DNA of 64,000 nucleotides from an uncultured Alphaproteobacteria bacterium (GTDB lineage Bacteria; Pseudomonadota; Alphaproteobacteria; Rhizobiales; Xanthobacteraceae): NCBI GenBank assembly GCA_963819915.1, contig CAWFXX010000010.1, positions 21,289 to 85,288 of the forward strand, read 5' to 3'. Shown piece by piece: positions 60,855 to 64,000 of this stretch (position 1 is its first letter; each line of letters starts with the position of its first letter). The notes under the pieces were generated by a model. It saw only the letters and a program-made list of their open reading frames with translations, ran no database searches and was not told where the DNA came from. The position numbers and the translations under genes were made by a program.

Positions 60855-63655
60855 TTACGCCTGATTTGCCGCCGCCTTGCCCAACGCTGCCTGAGCAGCG
60901 GCCAGCCGCGCGATCGGCACACGGAACGGCGAACACGACACGTAGTCGAGCCTGGCTGCGTGACAAAATGCGACCGACGCAGGATCGCCGCCGTGTTCGC
61001 CACAAATCCCTACCTTCAGCTTCGGCCGGACCTTGCGGCCACGCTCGACGCCGATTTTTACAAGTTCGCCAACGCCGTCCTGGTCGATCGACACAAAGGG
61101 GTCGCCGGGCAAAATTCCGCGTGCGGTATAGATGCCGAGGAAACTCGCGGCGTCATCGCGCGAAATTCCAAAAGTGGTCTGCGTAAGGTCATTGGTGCCA
61201 AACGAGAAGAACTCGGCACTTTGCGCGATTTCGCCGGCCATCAAGCAGGCGCGCGGCAGTTCAATCATCGTACCGACCTGGTAGTCGACCTTGGCGCCCT
61301 TCTCCTTTGCGACCGCTTGCGCCATCGCATCGATGCGCGCTTTGACCAGGTCGAGCTCGGCCTTGGTCGCAATCAACGGCACCATGACTTCCGGCACCAC
61401 CGGTTTCCCGGTTCGTTTGGCGGCTTCAACGGCGGCCTCGAAAATGGCGCGCGCCTGCATCTCGGCCACTTCCGGATAGGCAATCGCAATGCGGCAACCG
61501 CGGAAACCGAGCATCGGATTGAACTCGGACAGCTCATTCGCGCGACCAGCAAGCTTCTTCGGGTCGGCGCCCATGGCGGCCGCGACCTCCGCGATTTCCT
61601 TCTCGCCATGCGGAAGGAACTCGTGCAGCGGCGGGTCCAGCAGCCGGATGGTCACCGGACGGCCCGCCATGATCTCGAACAGCTCGACGAAATCGGCGCG
61701 CTGCATCGGTAGAAGCTTGGCGATGGCCGTGCGACGCGATTTCTCGTCGTCGGCAAGGATCATTTCGCGCACCGCCTGGATCGCGCCCCTCTTCGAAAAA
61801 CATGTGCTCGGTGCGGCACAGCCCGATTCCTTCCGCGCCAAACCGCACCGCCGCTTTTGCGTCGCTCGGCGTATCGGCATTGGCGCGCACGCCAAGGCGG
61901 CGCACCTTGTCGGCCCAGCCAATCAAGGTCGAGAACTCACCGGAAAGCTGCGGCTCAATCATTTCCACCCTGCCGGCCAAGACCTGGCCGGTGGAGCCAT
62001 CAACGGTGATGGAATCGCCTTTTTTGAAAGTCTGACCGCCAGCGGTCATCGTGCCGCCGGCATAGTCGACGCGCAGCGAGCCCGCGCCGGAGACGCATGG
62101 TTTGCCCATGCCGCGCGCAACAACGGCGGCATGGGACGTCATGCCGCCTCGTGTCGTGAGGATGCCCTCGGCCGCGTGCATGCCGTGGATGTCTTCCGGC
62201 GAAGTTTCCACGCGCACCAGAATGACTTTCTTGCCATCGGCCTTGAGCTGCGCTGCTTCATCGGGTGAAAACACAATTTCTCCGGAGGCCGCGCCGGGCG
62301 ACGCAGGAAGCCCCGTCGCAATAACGCGCCGATGCGCGCGTGGATCGATCGTCGGATGCAGCAACTGGTCGAGGGAGAGCGGATCAACGCGCAGCACGGC
62401 ATCGTTCTTTGATATCAGCCCTTCATTGGCAAGTTCGACGGCGATGCGCAGCGCTGCCTTTGCGGTCCGTTTGCCGGACCGCGTCTGCAACATCCACAAT
62501 TTGCCCTGCTCGACCGTGAACTCGAGATCCTGCATGTCGCGGTAGTGGCGTTCGAGCACGTTGTAGATGCGCTTGAGCTCGGCATAGGCCTTCGGCAGCG
62601 TGTATTCCATCGACGGCTTGTCGGAGCCGGCTTCCTTGCGCGCGGCCTCGCTGATCTCCTGCGGGGTGCGTATGCCGGCGACGACATCTTCGCCTTGCGC
62701 GTTGATCAGGAATTCGCCGTAGAGCTTTTTCTCGCCGGTTGACGGATTACGCGTGAATGCGACGCCGGTGGCGGAGGTGTCGCCCATATTGCCGAAAACC
62801 ATCGCCTGTACGTTGACGGCCGTGCCCCAGCCTTCCGGGATATTGTGCAGCCGGCGATAGGTGATGGCGCGCTGGTTCATCCAGGAGCCAAAAACCGCGC
62901 CGATCGCGCCCCACAGCTGCTCGTGCGGATTTTGCGGGAAGTCCTGGCCCAACTCATCCTTGACACGCTTCTTGTAGCGCACGACGAGGTCAGCCCAATC
63001 GTCGGCGGACAAATCCGTGTCGAGGCTATAACCCTGCCGCTCCTTGTGGTGATCGAGCAATTCCTCGAAATGCTCGTGACCGACGCCCAGCACCACATCC
63101 GAATACATCGTGATAAAGCGCCGGTAGCTGTCATAGGCAAAACGGCGGTCGCCGGATTTCTTCGCCAGTGCCTCCACCGTCTCGTCATTGAGACCCAGAT
63201 TGAGCACGGTATCCATCATTCCCGGCATCGATGCGCGAGCACCCGAACGGACTGAGACAAGCAGCGGATTGGACTTGTCGCCGAACGTCTTGCCGGTGAT
63301 ACGGCCGACCTGAGCCAGCGCCTTCTCGACCTGGCCGCGCAGATCTTTCGGATACTGCCGCTCGTGCCCGTAGTAGTACGTGCATACGTCGGTCGTGATG
63401 GTGAACCCGGGCGGAACGGGCAGACCGAGATTGGCCATTTCGGCGAGGCCGGCGCCCTTGCCACCCAACAGGTTGCGCATCGAGGCCTTGCCCTCGGCGC
63501 GCCCGTCGCCAAAGCCATAGACCCATTTGCCCTTTGGTTCGAGCGGAGGCCTTCGGTTCGGGCCGGGAGGCCTTCCGCACGACGCGTTTCTTGACGCGTT
63601 TCTTCACACGTTTCTTGGTTTTTACGCTCGCGCGCGACTGTTTTCGTTTGGCCAT
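60855..63655 (-). CDS. ppdK: Pyruvate, phosphate dikinase; frameshifts at ~61782 and ~63540; Lys/Arg-rich N-terminal extension
   Basis: LLGGKGAGLAEM, SVRSGARASMPGMM, GGMTSHAAVV (phospho-His), GLCRTEHMFF; then IRLLDPPLHEFL, GICGEHGG in another frame. Confidence 0.96.
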
Positions 63656-63743
63656 GGATCAAGCAATTGGGTCAAGCAGCACTGGTGAGGCGATGGCCCT
63701 TAAAAGCACCGCCGAATAGCCCGGCGCAAGCCCGGAATTCGGA

Positions 63744-63887
63744 TTAGCGGATAAGCCCGAGACCCAACAGACCGGCGGCAATCAGGTAGACGGCGACGAT
63801 GATATTGAGCAGACGCGGGATGATGAGAATGAGAATGCCAGCGATGATCGCAATGATGGGCTGCAAATGGGCAATACCGATGACCAT
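63744..63887 (-). CDS. DUF3096-like small membrane protein
   Basis: 47 aa hydrophobic: LQPIIAIIAGILILIIPRLLNIIVAVYLI. Confidence 0.8.
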   Translation of the reverse strand: MVIGIAHLQPIIAIIAGILILIIPRLLNIIVAVYLIAAGLLGLGLIR

Positions 63888-64000
63888 GGAAGACTCCCCT
63901 GTTGTCGGGCAATGGAAATAAAACGGCGATGTGCCCGCGCAGTTCCACATTAATTCATTGATGGACTGCGGCGAAGCTGCCCAGCTCGATGCTCGCTGGT

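Noticed and set aside
60843-60864. 11-bp tandem duplication cttacgcctga x2 at the ppdK stop
   Set aside because: Real in the sequence, but short, with no evident consequence for either convergent gene
14312-63655. Frameshifted genes as true pseudogenes or programmed frameshifts
   Set aside because: No shared slippery motif, conserved genes such as tsaC and ppdK are affected, and there are no nonsense mutations; sequencing error is the simpler explanation

Overview
High-GC alphaproteobacterial chromosome segment. Gene content and order (dxs-tlyA, ribB-aroC-fabI, pdxH, tRNA-Pro-SUA5, pyrC-ygfZ-tag, ppdK) resemble Hyphomicrobiales/Rhizobiales of the Xanthobacteraceae/Nitrobacteraceae type; the taxonomy is inferred. 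About 65 CDS, one tRNA-Pro(CGG), three REP-like palindromic elements and one ~500 bp highly structured non-coding element. No CRISPR array, integrase, transposase or rRNA is visible. The standout is a diffusible-signal-factor (DSF) quorum-sensing locus at 26.5-32.3 kb: an RpfF-type synthase convergent on an RpfC-type hybrid kinase. The usual RpfG (REC + HD-GYP) is replaced by a protein with an RpfG-like receiver fused to PAS-GGDEF-EAL, and a perfect CtrA box lies upstream of rpfF. At least eight genes carry apparent 1-bp indels (RND permease, DUF898, dehydratase start, Bug, SUA5, SRAP, MFS start, ppdK). These most likely reflect unpolished long-read errors, so single-base claims need caution. 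All family assignments come from motif recognition by eye; no database searches were run.
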